This document shows, in pieces, positions 39,100 to 53,200 of a stretch of DNA of 64,000 nt. The notes under the pieces are model-generated. The model searched no databases. It saw nothing but the letters and a program-made list of their open reading frames with translations, and was not told the DNA's origin. The stretch comes from Octopus bimaculoides. Lineage: Eukaryota. The position numbers and the translations under genes are program-made. Location of the stretch: NCBI RefSeq assembly GCF_001194135.2, contig NC_068994.1, forward strand, positions 47,909,873 through 47,973,872, given 5' to 3'. The stretch's first letter is position 1, and each line of letters begins with the position of its first letter.

Positions 39100-42000
39100 A
39101 TTTGTGTGTATTGCTTTCTATCTCTCAGATTTTGGTTTTTAAAACATGTTGATTCTATCAATTTGAATGATTGAATTTGTAACATTAGGGAGAAAAAAAA
39201 TTCCTCTTGAACCAAACTTCTCATTACTGGTTCTACATACGTATATGTATAAAACATACATTTGTAAGCAAATTGAAGTTTAAAGACAAATTGACTGAAA
39301 TTGATCTACACACCTTGCTTACCAAAGATAAAAATAACTGTCTACATGCAATTCTTGTAAATGCATAATGTTTAATAAAACTATCAGCTGTTAGTTGATC
39401 TGCATGTGTGTATGTGTTTATATAAATATAGATAGATATGTTTATATATATTATTATTTATGTGGATTGTAGTCTCTCGTAGTCTCATAGTGCAATTTCC
39501 CACTGAAATAACCTGCACAAATGATTTGTTTATAATGACCAAATGTTTATGCTGTATGTTAGCTCTTTTCCTCTATTAAAATCGACACTGCCTGTACAGA
39601 TGCACAGTTACACACACACACTCACATACATATACACAACAGGCTTCCACACTGTGTCTGTTTACCAAATTCACTTGCAAGGCATTGGTTGACTCGGGCC
39701 TATAGTAGAAGACACTTACTTGTGTGAGGTGCCACTCAGTGGGACTGAACCCAAAACCACTGGGTTGCAAAGCAAGCTTCTTAACCACACAAGCCTTATT
39801 AAAAAGTTTTGGGTGTTATTTTTTCCATGTTGGTGTTGGCCGAATAGATCTCCAGTATAACATATCACCAATCATCCTTTGTTGTTGTTTTTTTTTTGGG
39901 GGGGGGGTCTTTTTATTTCTATCATATGTGTGAGTCCCATATCTGACCTCATCACTCCACCACCCCACACACACGCCTCGGTTGCTCATTGCTCATCTTC
40001 TGCCACAGGTAACTTCCCACCAGCAGCACACAATATTTCTTACCCACAATCCATTGACTGCGTACAAACCACACATCATATCCCTATCGGCTCACTCATC
40101 TCTGCTGCATACATCATCTGATTGTCTTTAATGCTCTGCTGATTTCGCGGCTCACTTCTGCTCTGCTTCTTATGCGTGCAAATTAATGTTTCACATCCAA
40201 CAGATCATGTGTCTCTCATTTCTTTCCGGTTTCTGCAGATGTTACTTATTCATTGCCCTCATCTAGCGTCATCCTTCTTATATACACTTCATACAGTCTA
40301 AATTTTGTACAGAGAGAGAGAGGGGAGGGGCGAGTGGGAGAAAGAGAGAGTGGGGGAAGAGAGAATCCTTTTATATTCAACAGGAACAAAAAGTTCCAAA
40401 GGATAACCAGTCCTTAACTCCACTGCACATGTGAACACACACACACACACACACAAACATGCACATGCACACACTAATATACATGTATTAGGAAACAGGG
40501 TTTTTTTTTCTTTTTTCTTTTCATTTTATTTTTACCCTTATCATTTTATCAACAGCATAAAACAGAGAATTTTGTTTTTAGAATAACTTTTTAATGCAAA
40601 ATCATAATAAAAGAAGATAATTTTACTTCAAGTTAAGCCAATAGAAAAAGAAACTTTATTGAACAGCAATTGTTCATTGAACTTTGACGTATTACTTAGC
40701 CAAATTTCGTTTTTGATATAACTCAGATGCATATGCGTGTGTGTGTTTATATGTATGTATGTGTGTATGTATTTGTGTGTGTGTGTGTGGTGTGTATATA
40801 TATTTATGTGTCTGTGTGTATATATAATAGGACCAGATTTTTTTTTTTTTTTTTTTTNNNNNNNNNNNNNNNNNNNNNNNNNNNNNNNNNNNNNNNNNNN
40901 NNNNNNNNNNNNNNNNNNNNNNNNNNNNNNNNNNNNNNNNNNNNNNNNNNNNNNNNNNNNNNNNNNNNNNNNNNNNNNNNNNNNNNNNNNNNNNNNNNNN
41001 NNNNNNNNNNNNNNNNNNNNNNNNNNNNNNNNNNNNNNNNNNNNNNNNNNNNNNNNNNNNNNNNNNNNNNNNNNNNNNNNNNNNNNNNNNNNNNNNNNNN
41101 NNNNNNNNNNNNNNNNNNNNNNNNNNNNNNNNNNNNNNNNNNNNNNNNNNNNNNNNNNNNNNNNNNNNNNNNNNNNNNNNNNNNNNNNNNNNNNNNNNNN
41201 NNNNNNNNNNNNNNNNNNNNNNNNNNNNNNNNNNNNNNNNNNNNNNNNNNNNNNNNNNNNNNNNNNNNNNNNNNNNNNNNNNNNNNNNNNNNNNNNNNNN
41301 NNNNNNNNNNNNNNNNNNNNNNNNNNNNNNNNNNNNNNNNNNNNNNNNNNNNNNNNNNNNCTATAGAAGACACTTACCCAATGTGCCACACAGTGGGACA
41401 GAACCTGAGACCACATATTGGGAAGCAAGTTTCTTAAATGCACAACCATGCTTGTACCTAGTTACACCTGCACCTAATTTCATCTCTCAATTTTTTTTTA
41501 AATAAATAATTTTATATTTCTCGGATTTTTTTAAAAAATATATATTTCCGTTTTCCATAGTTGTTTTTTTTTTCTTCTTTTTTGGAATAGTTTCATATTT
41601 CACAGATTTTGTTTAAAATAATTAATAATTTCATATTTTATAGATTTTTAAGAAAATAAATAATTTCAGACATCATAACTTTTTTTTTATAATTTTATAT
41701 TTTGTATAATTTTTATATTTTGTATTTTTTTAACATAAATAATATCATCATGAATTAACTGCTAATAATTCAATTTAAATGATGAATTATAAATAGGAAT
41801 TTGAGTGAGAAAAGAACAAGCCTACATTTAACTAACGCTATTGCCTGACAAGAAACAATGATGTTTTAATCCTGTTAGTAGTCCTATTGCTCTTTTCTGT
41901 CTCAAATTGGTGCTTATAAGTATAATATCATATAATTTCACATTCCACAGCCTTTCTGGAATAAATTTTAAATTAAAAATTTTATATTGTGTAAAAGTTG

Positions 42001-43317
42001 CACCAAAGTAGTAGTAACTTTGTGCAAAAACCTCACTTAGAATGCGAAATCTATGAAACTGACCCATTTAAAAATTAGTCTGTTATAAATAGTACTTGTT
42101 GATGGTTTTCAAAGTATTTCTAGTAGCTTCCAAATAAAATAAGATAAGCAGAACGATTTAGTGAAGAAATAACTAAGTAATTTAACCCTTTTGCATGCAA
42201 GAATCCTGTCTGGTTGTCCTAATCAGCATATAGGGATATCCGTTAGGCTTGTCATAATGGCTTAATAAAAATACTTTTTCAAAGACTTAGTTTTGAAACT
42301 GGTCAAATTTGGCTACCATAAACAAAGCACAATTTGTTCAAACTATCCATTTTTGACATCAATGGCATTTTAGTTTTGGTAATAACAGAAATTTCTCTTT
42401 TACTTAATTTTATTGATATAAATACTTAAAGGTGAAATCTTACATGAAGTGCATGACTCTTATGTGAATATATCAACATGTCTAACACTATTAATATTAT
42501 GAATATTAAAGGGTTATATCATTGACAAAACACATCACTCGACTCAATATGAATACCTCAAAATATATAAAACACCGTTTCTATGTAAGATTGCTTAAAG
42601 GATTAAACCTTAGACAACATACACTTCTCAACTGTATATTAATTCTCTAATATTTAAACTGGCTATATTTGGCCAAAATATTCTACCAGTTTAATGTTCA
42701 AAGCTGCCAAATCCAGCACCCTGGAGTGTGCTAGGTTTGTATCATGATTTCTCTTGGAAATAAAACATTTAAAACAGGTACGATATTTATATTTTAGACA
42801 CATTTTCAAAACAAGTCTTTGCCAAGATTGAAACATGTGTAGGGCATTCTGTTGTTAGTGAACAGAAATCTGACAGTTGATGAACCAAGGACTGATATAA
42901 CTGTGTTGTACAAGTCCTCAGTCCTTTCCTGTGGTACTCTGACCATGTGTCCTTACACCAGAGCTGTAATCTCTCAATGTAGAAAAATAGCAGGTTTACC
43001 TGGAGAAACTCCCTCATCTCCAAGCTACACACCATATCAAGTAACTTTACTCCAGAGATCCTTCAGAGGAGACATTATTTATTTCCAAATTCTTATATTT
43101 AGAGATTTTAATCTTAGTCTGAATAAAGCTATTATTTAGACTGCCCACAGTCCATCTTTTCCAATTCTTACTTGTCTACCTAAGGAAATCATTAAAACCA
43201 AAAGCTATAGCAAAAACCAAAAACTATTATTGAGATTTTGTTTTACGAATATTCTTCACAAACTGTATTTTATCGAGAAGCTTTTTTTCTTAATCTTTTA
43301 CATTTACATTTGTGCAG

Positions 43318-43339
43318 TCTGTGACCTTTTCACTGCTTC
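43318..43339 (+). CDS. Candidate 22-nt micro-exon (phase 1-2): (V)CDLFTA(S)
   Basis: Long acceptor ctttttttcttaatcttttacatttacatttgtgcAG; donor TTC|GTAAGA; exactly bridges the phase-1 end of 38601 to the phase-2 start of 56564. Confidence 0.5.
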
Positions 43340-43863
43340 GTAAGATTTTGACATTTTCTATACATTTTATATATTTTATTTAAAAATTATTTCAAGTGAG
43401 ATGTCTACAAGTGAGAAAGGTTAAAGCTATTAACTCTTTTAAGTGCTGCTAGCTTCTCCTTCAAAACCCTTAGTCATTCTTGATGATAAGATCTTTCATA
43501 GCCTACGATGTTGCTGGGTTTTGCAATGGTATTTATATTCGTAAATTCTATAGGTCTTGCTCATGGTTGTTATTATTATCATTGTGGTTTTTATGATGAT
43601 ATTTTATTATCCATAAATTCTATAGGTCTTCCTCACAGAGTTATCATCCTTCAACTTAACATTCACTGCATGAAAAATACTTCAGCCAGCCCCCAATGCT
43701 GCTGACCCTTATAGGGGATGCAAAACTACACTGAAGTACTGTACTCACACCTGTGACCATTTACTTCCAAGACTTTATAACCACAAGTAGCAAATCTTCA
43801 CTTAACTCTTTACAAACACTTGCTTACTAGCTTACTACCAAGCTGTGAGCATAGACACACACA

Positions 43864-43976
<113 letters not shown>

Positions 43977-44614
43977 TCCTTTCTTCTAAATTTACTAACA
44001 AAATATTGTCCACATGACTCACTCACCTCACATCTTCCTGAGCCTCAACTGTGTCTGCACTGGCCAAAAAGAGCGGCAAACAATATCTTTTACAAAATGT
44101 AATTCCTCTTCCATTAGTATAAAACAGACATAATTTGGATTCAGTTTAATCAGTGACAGACACCTTTCAGCCAAAATTTGTAATTTTGTGCTTCATTTAT
44201 CAACCTTGGAAGGATGAAAAGTCAGTCAATCCCAATGGGATTTGAACTCAGATGATACAACTACATACTGCAAGGCATAATTCTATTATATCATTATTAT
44301 TATTATTATTATTATTATATACAATACCCAGGTGTACCTACAACCTGTTGGAAAAGAGTAGAAAGAGGGACAGAAAGCAACGAGTAAGAAACGACAGCTA
44401 TGATAGTCAAAAGTACATGCATAGTACACAAAATAAAACATGTGGTAGTCATTCTGCTATCCACTACTCTAATATAAGACTTTGTGATATAGTCACAAAT
44501 CCATACATTTAGTAGGAGAAAACAGCTGATTAAATTGACAGCAATACCTAACTGCACACCATTATATGCTGAGAAAGATGGTCAGTTAGTGTGACTTGCA
44601 AAGTTTGCATGCAT

Positions 44615-44658
<44 letters not shown>

Positions 44659-46046
44659 ACTAATTTGTGGTTTTGAGTTGATGTTTTTCATTATGGTGTT
44701 TTTTTTTGTTTTGTAATATATTCTAATTACAAAGTTTATGATTTGGTGTGATATATGTGTTCTGTCTCATCCATTAAAAAAAGCTTTAAATATGGAAATA
44801 CTGCACGTAAAACAATCATCAGTTATTAACGAGTACCCTAGTACCCAGGCCACAGAACAAATTCACCTACACNNNNNNNNNNCCATAGTTAGAAAATTGT
44901 GAGTTTTCTTTTTCTGATGAAGCTTTAAAAGGTCAAGAAACTGCTCAGATTAATCCCACATTTTCTACTGTCAGGGAGATAAAACCTATAGTACGACCAC
45001 TTTTGTTTAACTTTCAAAGCAAGGTTAAAATTGTATGCTTTACATTTCAAGTTATCCGAAAATACTGTGTGGTGTGCTGTGAATTTATTGATCTGAGGGA
45101 CTTAATCCTCGTAATGTAGGGAAGCATGACTAAATCCCACAATGCATTTAGGTCCATTACTGTACCAACTCTGCTACTCCACCATCATAAATACATGCAT
45201 TTAATTAGTGTCAAAGCAATATTTGTTTCAAATTCATCCCCCCCCCCCTCCTTAATANNNNNNNNNNNNNNNNNNNNNNNNNNNNNNNNNNNNNNNNNNN
45301 NNNNNNNNNNNNNNNNNNNNNNNNNNNNNNNNNNNNNNNNNNNNNNNNNNNNNNNNNNNNNNNNNNNNNNNNNNNNNNNNNNNNNNNNNNNNNNNNNNNN
45401 NNNNNNNNNNNNNNNNNNNNNNNNNNNNNNNNNNNNNNNNNNNNNNNNNNNNNNNNNNNNNNNNNNNNNNNNNNNNNNNNNNNNNNNNNNNNNNNNNNNN
45501 NNNNNNNNNNNNNNNNNNNNNNNNNNNNNNNNNNNNNNNNNNNNNNNNNNNNNNNNNNNNNNNNNNNNNNNNNNNNNNNNNNNNNNNNNNNNNNNNNNNN
45601 NNNNNNNNNNNNNNNNNNNNNNNNNNNNNNNNNNNNNNNNNNNNNNNNNNNNNNNNNNNNNNNNNNNNNNNNNNNNNNNNNNNNNNNNNNNNNNNNNNNN
45701 NNNNNNNNNNNNNNNNNNNNNNNNNNNNNNNNNNNNNNNNNNNNNNNNNNNNATCTAAATAAAACAAGAAATAATAATTAATGAAGTATATAATGCATTC
45801 AAAAAAAAGAAAAGGTTATTAAGGCTTATAAAATATCTAATTAGTATTATTATCGTTAGCACGCTGGACAAAATGCTTAGTGGTATTTCACACATCGCTG
45901 CATTCTGAGTTCAAATTCCACCAAAGTCGATTTTGCCTTTCATCCTTTCAGAATCGATAAATTAAGTACCAGTGAAACACTGGGGTCGATGTAATCAACT
46001 AGTCCCTTTCCCAAAAATTTCAGGTCTTGTGACTTAAGTAGAAAGG

Positions 46047-46089
<43 letters not shown>

Positions 46090-46708
46090 GGGAGCTAGCA
46101 GAATTGTTAGCATGCTGGGCAAACTTCTTAGCAGCATTTTATCTGTCTTTATACTCGGAGTTAAATTTTACTGAGGTTGACTTTGCCTTTCATCCTTTTG
46201 AGGTTAAAACCCATATAAGCATTGGGGTTAATATAATCACCTAGCCCCTCCCCCAAAATTTCAGACCTTGTGCCTATAGTAGAAAGGATTCACCTGTAGA
46301 TTTAAAGAGCAACAGTCAGGAGAAGGCTTGTACCTTTGGTGGTCATGGATATGTGGGTTTCTTGATTGGCTCTAGCTGGAGTTTTTCCTGTATCTGTGGG
46401 GACTGTATCATTCATGTTATCAATCTTAACATTCACCAAAGCTGTAAAATCTAAAAGCACTCTCTTTCTGTCTCAGAATAAATACTAAGAATAGAACAAA
46501 TAAAAAAAAAAAACATCCTGAAACTCGGAGTACCAAATATAAAGCCACACTGCAGACTTATTGTTTGACTCCAGATGAGCACTGAATAGCTTTGGAACCA
46601 CTGAGTTAGATGATAGGCTAAGTCTTCTTTGCAAATGCATATACAGTAGGTACCTGGCTGGGATTTAAGAGAAAATTATCTGCAATACACTAACTTCATA
46701 CCCAAGAG

Positions 46709-46749
<41 letters not shown>

Positions 46750-49700
46750 AATATTATAGAAACCCAGAATTATGTAAAGACCCTATGGGCTTTTGAGGTT
46801 TGGGAAAGGATTCACTAAATTCATTTTACTTCACATTCATTACAACTGCAATTATAGATGTGTAATTTTAAGCACAGTTGTTTATGAATTATTTCTCATC
46901 AAGGAAGGTTTGTTCAAAATAGTTTTGTGTTAGTCAAAAGATAAGTTGATAATGAGTAAATTTTTTTGTCTTGATTTTACATATTCTACATACACACACG
47001 CAGACACACATCTGTAGTGAAGATATGTCTTTGGTAATATGTTATTTCAAATTGACTCCTTATTCGAAAGGTAAACAGTTATTGATATTTTGTAACCTTT
47101 TTTTAGATTTGGTTCAAGTAACAGGAAAATCCTTCCAGATAGGTCAACATTTTTTCTCTCTTTATTTTTCATTTTTCTTTCACTCTCTCTCTCTCTTTAG
47201 AGAAAATTAGTATATGCTAGTATACCTGCATGTTTATATTAAAGGCATTTAACTCTAAACACCTGAGCTCAATCCCCAACTTCATATGGTTCCAAGAAGA
47301 TAGAGTGGTTTGCCCAGTTCACTTCCATGTACAGTGGCAGCATTATAAGGATAATACATATTTCGTTAGCTTACAGCACCAAGTTTTCTGTGACAAAGAC
47401 CAGCTTCTTATCCTTGAGGGATAGGGAAATTTATTTCTCTTTTGTTGTTGTTGTTGTTGTTGGACTCTCCCACTGCTTCAATGAATGAAGATTTAGCAAA
47501 ATACAACCAGAAAACACCCCTATCCCTATAGTTGCTTATATGTAGTGCCAAAGCTACAGACTTCCTGTATCATCCTCTACCTATTCATGTCACCTCCTTC
47601 CCTTGCCTCTGAACTTATGAAGAAAGTGTGATGGTATTGGTGCTGGTGTCTTGGCTTGCTGAACAACCTGCACACTAAATATTACTATAGTAGGCTTGGT
47701 TTGTGTACAGCCAGTCCCACTCTTATCCTTCAAACTTGTATTGGTCTGATGATGATGATGACATGACGTGAGCCCAGCAATTCTCAGGATGCAGGATTTT
47801 TATGGAGTTATCTTCTCTTGGGTGAACAGCTAAATTGCTGAAGGACCTCATCTATCTTGGACCCATTGAGGTTTCTGTGACTGACTGTCTTCCAGAGGCA
47901 ATTCCGTAACAGAAACTCTGACTGCTGCTACTACCCCAGGTCAGCATAGACCAGGGGGTAGTAGTGGCTAAGAAGTAATTCCACACTCTTCAAAACTTAG
48001 GAACTCCTTAACCAGGGCCTCACTCCTGGATGCAGTTTAGTCTCCTCTGTTGCATTATAGAAACTGTGTAATTCAAACAAAGAAAGCAAAGAACTATCTC
48101 TCTTTAGATATAATGTGCTACACTCCCTTTGAGATTTATCTTTGCTCCTGTTATTAGTTCTCTCTTTCTCTGTCTCTTTCTTGCTCATTCGCTTGTCCCA
48201 CCAGGAACTGTATTTTTACTTCCCATCCTGCCAATCAAAAATCCCCTATGAAATAAATGTGCAGGATACAGATACACAACTGTTGTCGTATATACAGTAG
48301 ATCTATACAATACTTTGCAAAATAGATGTTAAAGTGGTGGTGATGATGATGATGGCTGTGCTGGTAGTAGTAGTGGTGGTGGCGGCGGCGGCAGTGGTGG
48401 TGGTGAGGAAGGTGGTGGCGGCAGAGGGAGTTAATTTAAGTCAAAGCTACATTAAACAAGGGAAACCAGACAATTTTCAACTAAGACTAGTTTATTTACA
48501 TAGAGGGACATTTTTTTAAAAAATACTATTGGTTGAAATAATATACTTTTTAGACTTATTTAAACATGTCACTTTGACTTTGGGGGAAAAAGTTACAAGA
48601 TGGGTGTGGTTTAATTTTAGACTTTAGAAAAATGAACTTTGAACCAGGTCATCCATTTTTGTTATGTTAGTATGGATAGGATTTAAACAAAAAGTTTTAT
48701 TATTTTTCTTAGCTTCTTTTTCCTTGTAGGATATCTTTCTTTCCTAGACAGCTTATCACAACAAGGAAGCAAAATTTAGACTAATTTTTGTTAAGTCATG
48801 CAAACCTTGTGGTGAGGTTGTTTTAACTCCTCACCATGCAGACTGTAACTCATTGAAGACCTTAGCTTCACAACCATTGACTGAAATTAAATGTGGTGGA
48901 TTTGAATGGTTAGTACAATACTATTTACAGCAGTGATTTTATTCTACCATGTGGCAGTATCCACTAGTATCAGTTAGGCAAATTCTATTGTTGAGAGTTA
49001 AGTGTCTTTGACTTGAGGTAATTTACTCTCATCGATAGAATAACCCAGACACAGTAACTGGATTACAATGTACTGATTGCCTGTGGTCAGTTGTAATCTT
49101 CCATTTTACTCTAGATCACTACCACCACCACCATTATCATCATCATCATCATCATCATTTGCCCGCTTTCCATGCTGGCATGGGTTAGACAGAATTATCA
49201 CAGTGCAAAATCACATCACTTCTTATTCAGGGCTATTAGCCCTCCTAGCTGGGTCAGAGGACCAAGTTTTAATTGGGCATTTCACTTCTGCTACAGTTGC
49301 TATGAATGGATGCTCTTCCTAACTGCAGCCTCTTTACTGTATGTACTAGGTTCATTTTGTCATAGAACCAGCATTAGAGTTGCCATGCTGTCTTAAGGGA
49401 TGGGCACAGTGGGTTTGCCCTGGGGACCCACTTCTGATCTATGTATACTGTGGCTTGCTGCCAATAAATAAATACTTTAGGACCCACTGCATTGATTTGT
49501 TGAGGGTCCTATAATGCTGCTAAGGTAGCCCTATAGAGATGTTGCTTTGTATCTGGCAGGATTATATTAACCCTTTAGCATTTAAACCGACCATATCCAG
49601 CCCAAATATTCTACCTGCTTTATGTTTAAACCAGCCAGACCCAGCCTTTAACACCTACTCTGTAATGTGATTGTAAAGGTAAACAGTAACATCACTGAAA

Positions 49701-49753
49701 TATTGAAGCTACAAGAGGATGCATGATTAATTCAAAGCAATATGAATAAATAA

Positions 49754-50200
49754 ACTAGAAAAGCACTCGGAGAGTGCAGACCTCCGCCAACCAGAGTCGA
49801 TCCCAATAGTCAAGGCTTGTCATGTCATTCTCCACAGACCTCTGCCAAGCAGCTCATTTTAAGATAGATATGTCAGTAAAATTACTAATAGAGAAATGAA
49901 AATAAACTTTGGAAACAGCAATGCCACCATAGGTTACGTGCAAACGATGAACGTGTTTTCAAGGGAGATAATCAAAGAACGTAACATTCATGTAAAGTAA
50001 ATATAACAAGTGAAAAATCCTTCAAGAATCCATAAAAATTCCCGGATCAATTCCAAAATTTCATCATCTGTTCCTTGTGTCATTATCAATTTTTCCTGCA
50101 AGTTTCATCAAATACCGCTAACAACTTTTTGAGTTATTTTACGGAGAGACGGACAAACCAACGCCGATAAAAACATAACCTCCTTCCTTGGTGGAGGTAA
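49754..50200 (+). mobile_element. Helentron/HINE-like non-autonomous element nested in a TTAA MITE
   Basis: 5' ACTAGAAAAGCACTCGGAGAG followed by subterminal GACCTCCGCCAA; 3' stem-loop ACCTCC..ttggtGGAGGT; host MITE continues on both sides. Confidence 0.6.
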
Positions 50201-53200
50201 TAAATTACATTTGACAGAATAATATGAATTCTAAAGGGTGAAACCATTCACCCTACATTGTTTCTGCTCATTTGCCAAATACTTTCAGCGAGTATTTATT
50301 CTTGTATTCTTGTACTTGTTTCAGTCTTTTGACTGTGGCCATGCTGTAGTCCATGCTGCCTTGAAAGGTTTTAGTCAAACAAATTAACCCCAGGACTCGT
50401 TTCTTGAGCCTAATAACTTATTTTGTTGGTCTCTTTTGCTGGAATGCTAAGTTATGGGGACATAAAAACACCAACACTGGTTAAGTGGTGATGGGGGAAC
50501 AAACACAGACACAAAAACACACACACATATATGACAGGATTCTTTCAGCTTCCATCTACCAAATCCACTCACAAAGCTTTGGTCGACTTGAGGCTATAGT
50601 GCAAGACGCTTGCCCAAGGTGCCATGCAGTGAGACTGAACTTGGAACCATGTGGTTGGGAAACAAGCTTGTTACCACACAGCCACGCCTGTTTTGTTTGT
50701 TTTTTTCTTCTTTTTCCTTTTTTCCAAATTGTCTCCTTTAGTTGAATCACAAGATAAAAAGTTATTGATATTTTGTAAAAAAAAATTTTTCAGCTTTGGC
50801 ACCAGTTCTAGTAAAGTTATCTTATTCTCTTTTTTTTTTTAATAATTATTATTGAAATATGAAGTAATGTAAATTAACATCTTCAATATGATTGTTTTTT
50901 AAGCTATATTTGTTTTAGTATAAATAAAACATTTCATCTTGGTATGAGAGAATATTTAGATAATGATGGAATATTTAGCCCACAATGAAACTAAATATAT
51001 AAGATCTAACTTTCCTGTCAGTTCATAAATTCAATGTTCAAATCCACTGCCTATGTTTTGCCATGCTTTGAGCAATATACTTAATATTATTGTAAAACCA
51101 GCTGTCACTCACAAGCAACGATAGCTTGGTAAAATGTACCATGCTTTCACTAATTGTTTCATGTGTTTATGCAGTCACAAGCAGTTACAGAACACACACA
51201 CTTTCTCATCCTCCTCACCTTTGATCTGGTGGCATATGTAGGATGTAACATTCAAAGGGGGAGAGGACTGCCCTAGTACTTGGCCAAAGCTTATGTTCAG
51301 CTGAGTAGACTGGAGCATTGTAAAATGAAGTGCCTTGCTCAAGGACACATTGCACTGCCCTGCCCTGCCCAGGTATTGAACCCACAACCTCATGATCAGG
51401 AAATAACACCCTAACCATTAGGGCACACACATGTGAGTTCATTAAATGTCATGAGAATAGACACCAGATTGACTTGCAATGCTATCCAAGCTAAACTAGC
51501 ATGCCAGCCAGACAGCGATTTGTTACTGGGCCATACATCTTCTCTTGGAAAGCTCCACTTTGCTCATGTATGCACGCACGTGCGCACACACAAACACACA
51601 CACACACACACAGAGGAGAGAGAGGTGGGGTGTATATTTGCATACATAGAATTTAGTCTTTCATACACTGTATAATGTTTTCTGGAATGGTTTGGCTCAT
51701 GTTCTCCTTGTCAGACTTGAACCACTGTCTGCTTCACAGAATTAGTGTGTTAAACAAGAGAGCAGAAGATGTCAACTGGTGACTGACTCTGACAAGATGT
51801 AGAGACTGAAATTCAGTGACAGTTTCTTCTCATATTTACCTTAGTCTGTTAGCTTGAACATTCCTTCACAGCAAGTCTAAATATGTACAGAAACACTGTA
51901 CATACACCAGATATGTACACATGCACTGTACATACTCTGAATTTACTTACTTGTTGTTTACTGTGTTGTGTTTTACCAGAGATTTTATTGTCATGCTTAC
52001 ACCATTGTCATTGTCTATAGCTTTGACAATTCCTATGAGGTGTGTATAAGTATGAATACATGTTATTCTTAAGCTAATGTAAGAGAGAGGGAGGGGTCTC
52101 TATGCTGTCATTTGTCCTGCTAGAAATAGCAACAACATCTCACTCAAATCACACCCTATTGTGTCTTAAAACTAAAAGAAAGGCTCATTGACTGCATAAT
52201 GTAGTTCTAGATACACTATGTCTCAAAAATGCATTGAGGTGATCATGGCTTGAACACATTTCATTTATAAGTTTGCTCAATCAGAGCTGACTTGGCCCAA
52301 ACAAGTCGTATGTGACCCTTGAGGCTTTAACAAGGTTTTATCTGCTATAAATAGTAGCCAAATTTCCCTCAAATCACATCCTGTTGTGTTTAAAACTTTT
52401 GATACCAACCCACCTGAAATAGTGATTTACATTAAAGCCTTTACGTTCCAAACACCAGATTAAATATGACAAAGTTATTTCACTAAACTCTCCATTATTT
52501 TCTAAACTAACTGAAACAAAAACACTGTGTTTCAAGAGGAATATAATCACAGAAGAATTAAGTTTTAAATATATTATGTCTCAAAATAAAACAGGTGTGA
52601 TCACAGCTGAAACACCTCTGATCACTAAGGTTTCCTTGATTAAGGCAGACAATAAACAATAATTTATTATAAAGCCAGTCTTTGGAACATAAATTCAACA
52701 TGGAATTTTAATTTTAGATCACTTCAAAACAGGAAGTTTGTATCCTAGAATCAAGGATGGTCTCTAGTGCAAGCTGGTATCAAAAGGGTTAAAGTGCTGC
52801 CTCTCAGTCATCACAGCAAGTTTATCATAGCCTACCATACCCAGTGCTATACTGGGATGATGTTTGCATATGTCATTGCCTCAGTCACATCAAGCTGTCC
52901 ACCAGTCTGTCAAATCAGAAATGATCTAACTGATATACACACCCATTAATACTTATTTAATGATAATATCCATTCTAATAAAGACTTCTAGTTGATAAAC
53001 CAATTTGGATTGCTATCAAGTCATTGTTGTTGCTATTGTTGTTTTATTTATTTACCTGCAAAACAACTTGATATAGAACCTAAAAGAATGTCAACAATTT
53101 CCTATAGTACGTCTTGACCATTAGTTGTATAAACTAGCAATGGTAAATATTGATTTTTTTTACTCAGAAGTCCACCTATGCACAAAGGCTTCTTGCCTGT

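Noticed and set aside
47105-47140. 36-bp in-frame cassette candidate (FGSSNRKILPD) between 43339 and 56564
   Set aside because: Weak donor (TAG|GTCAAC); not needed for frame.
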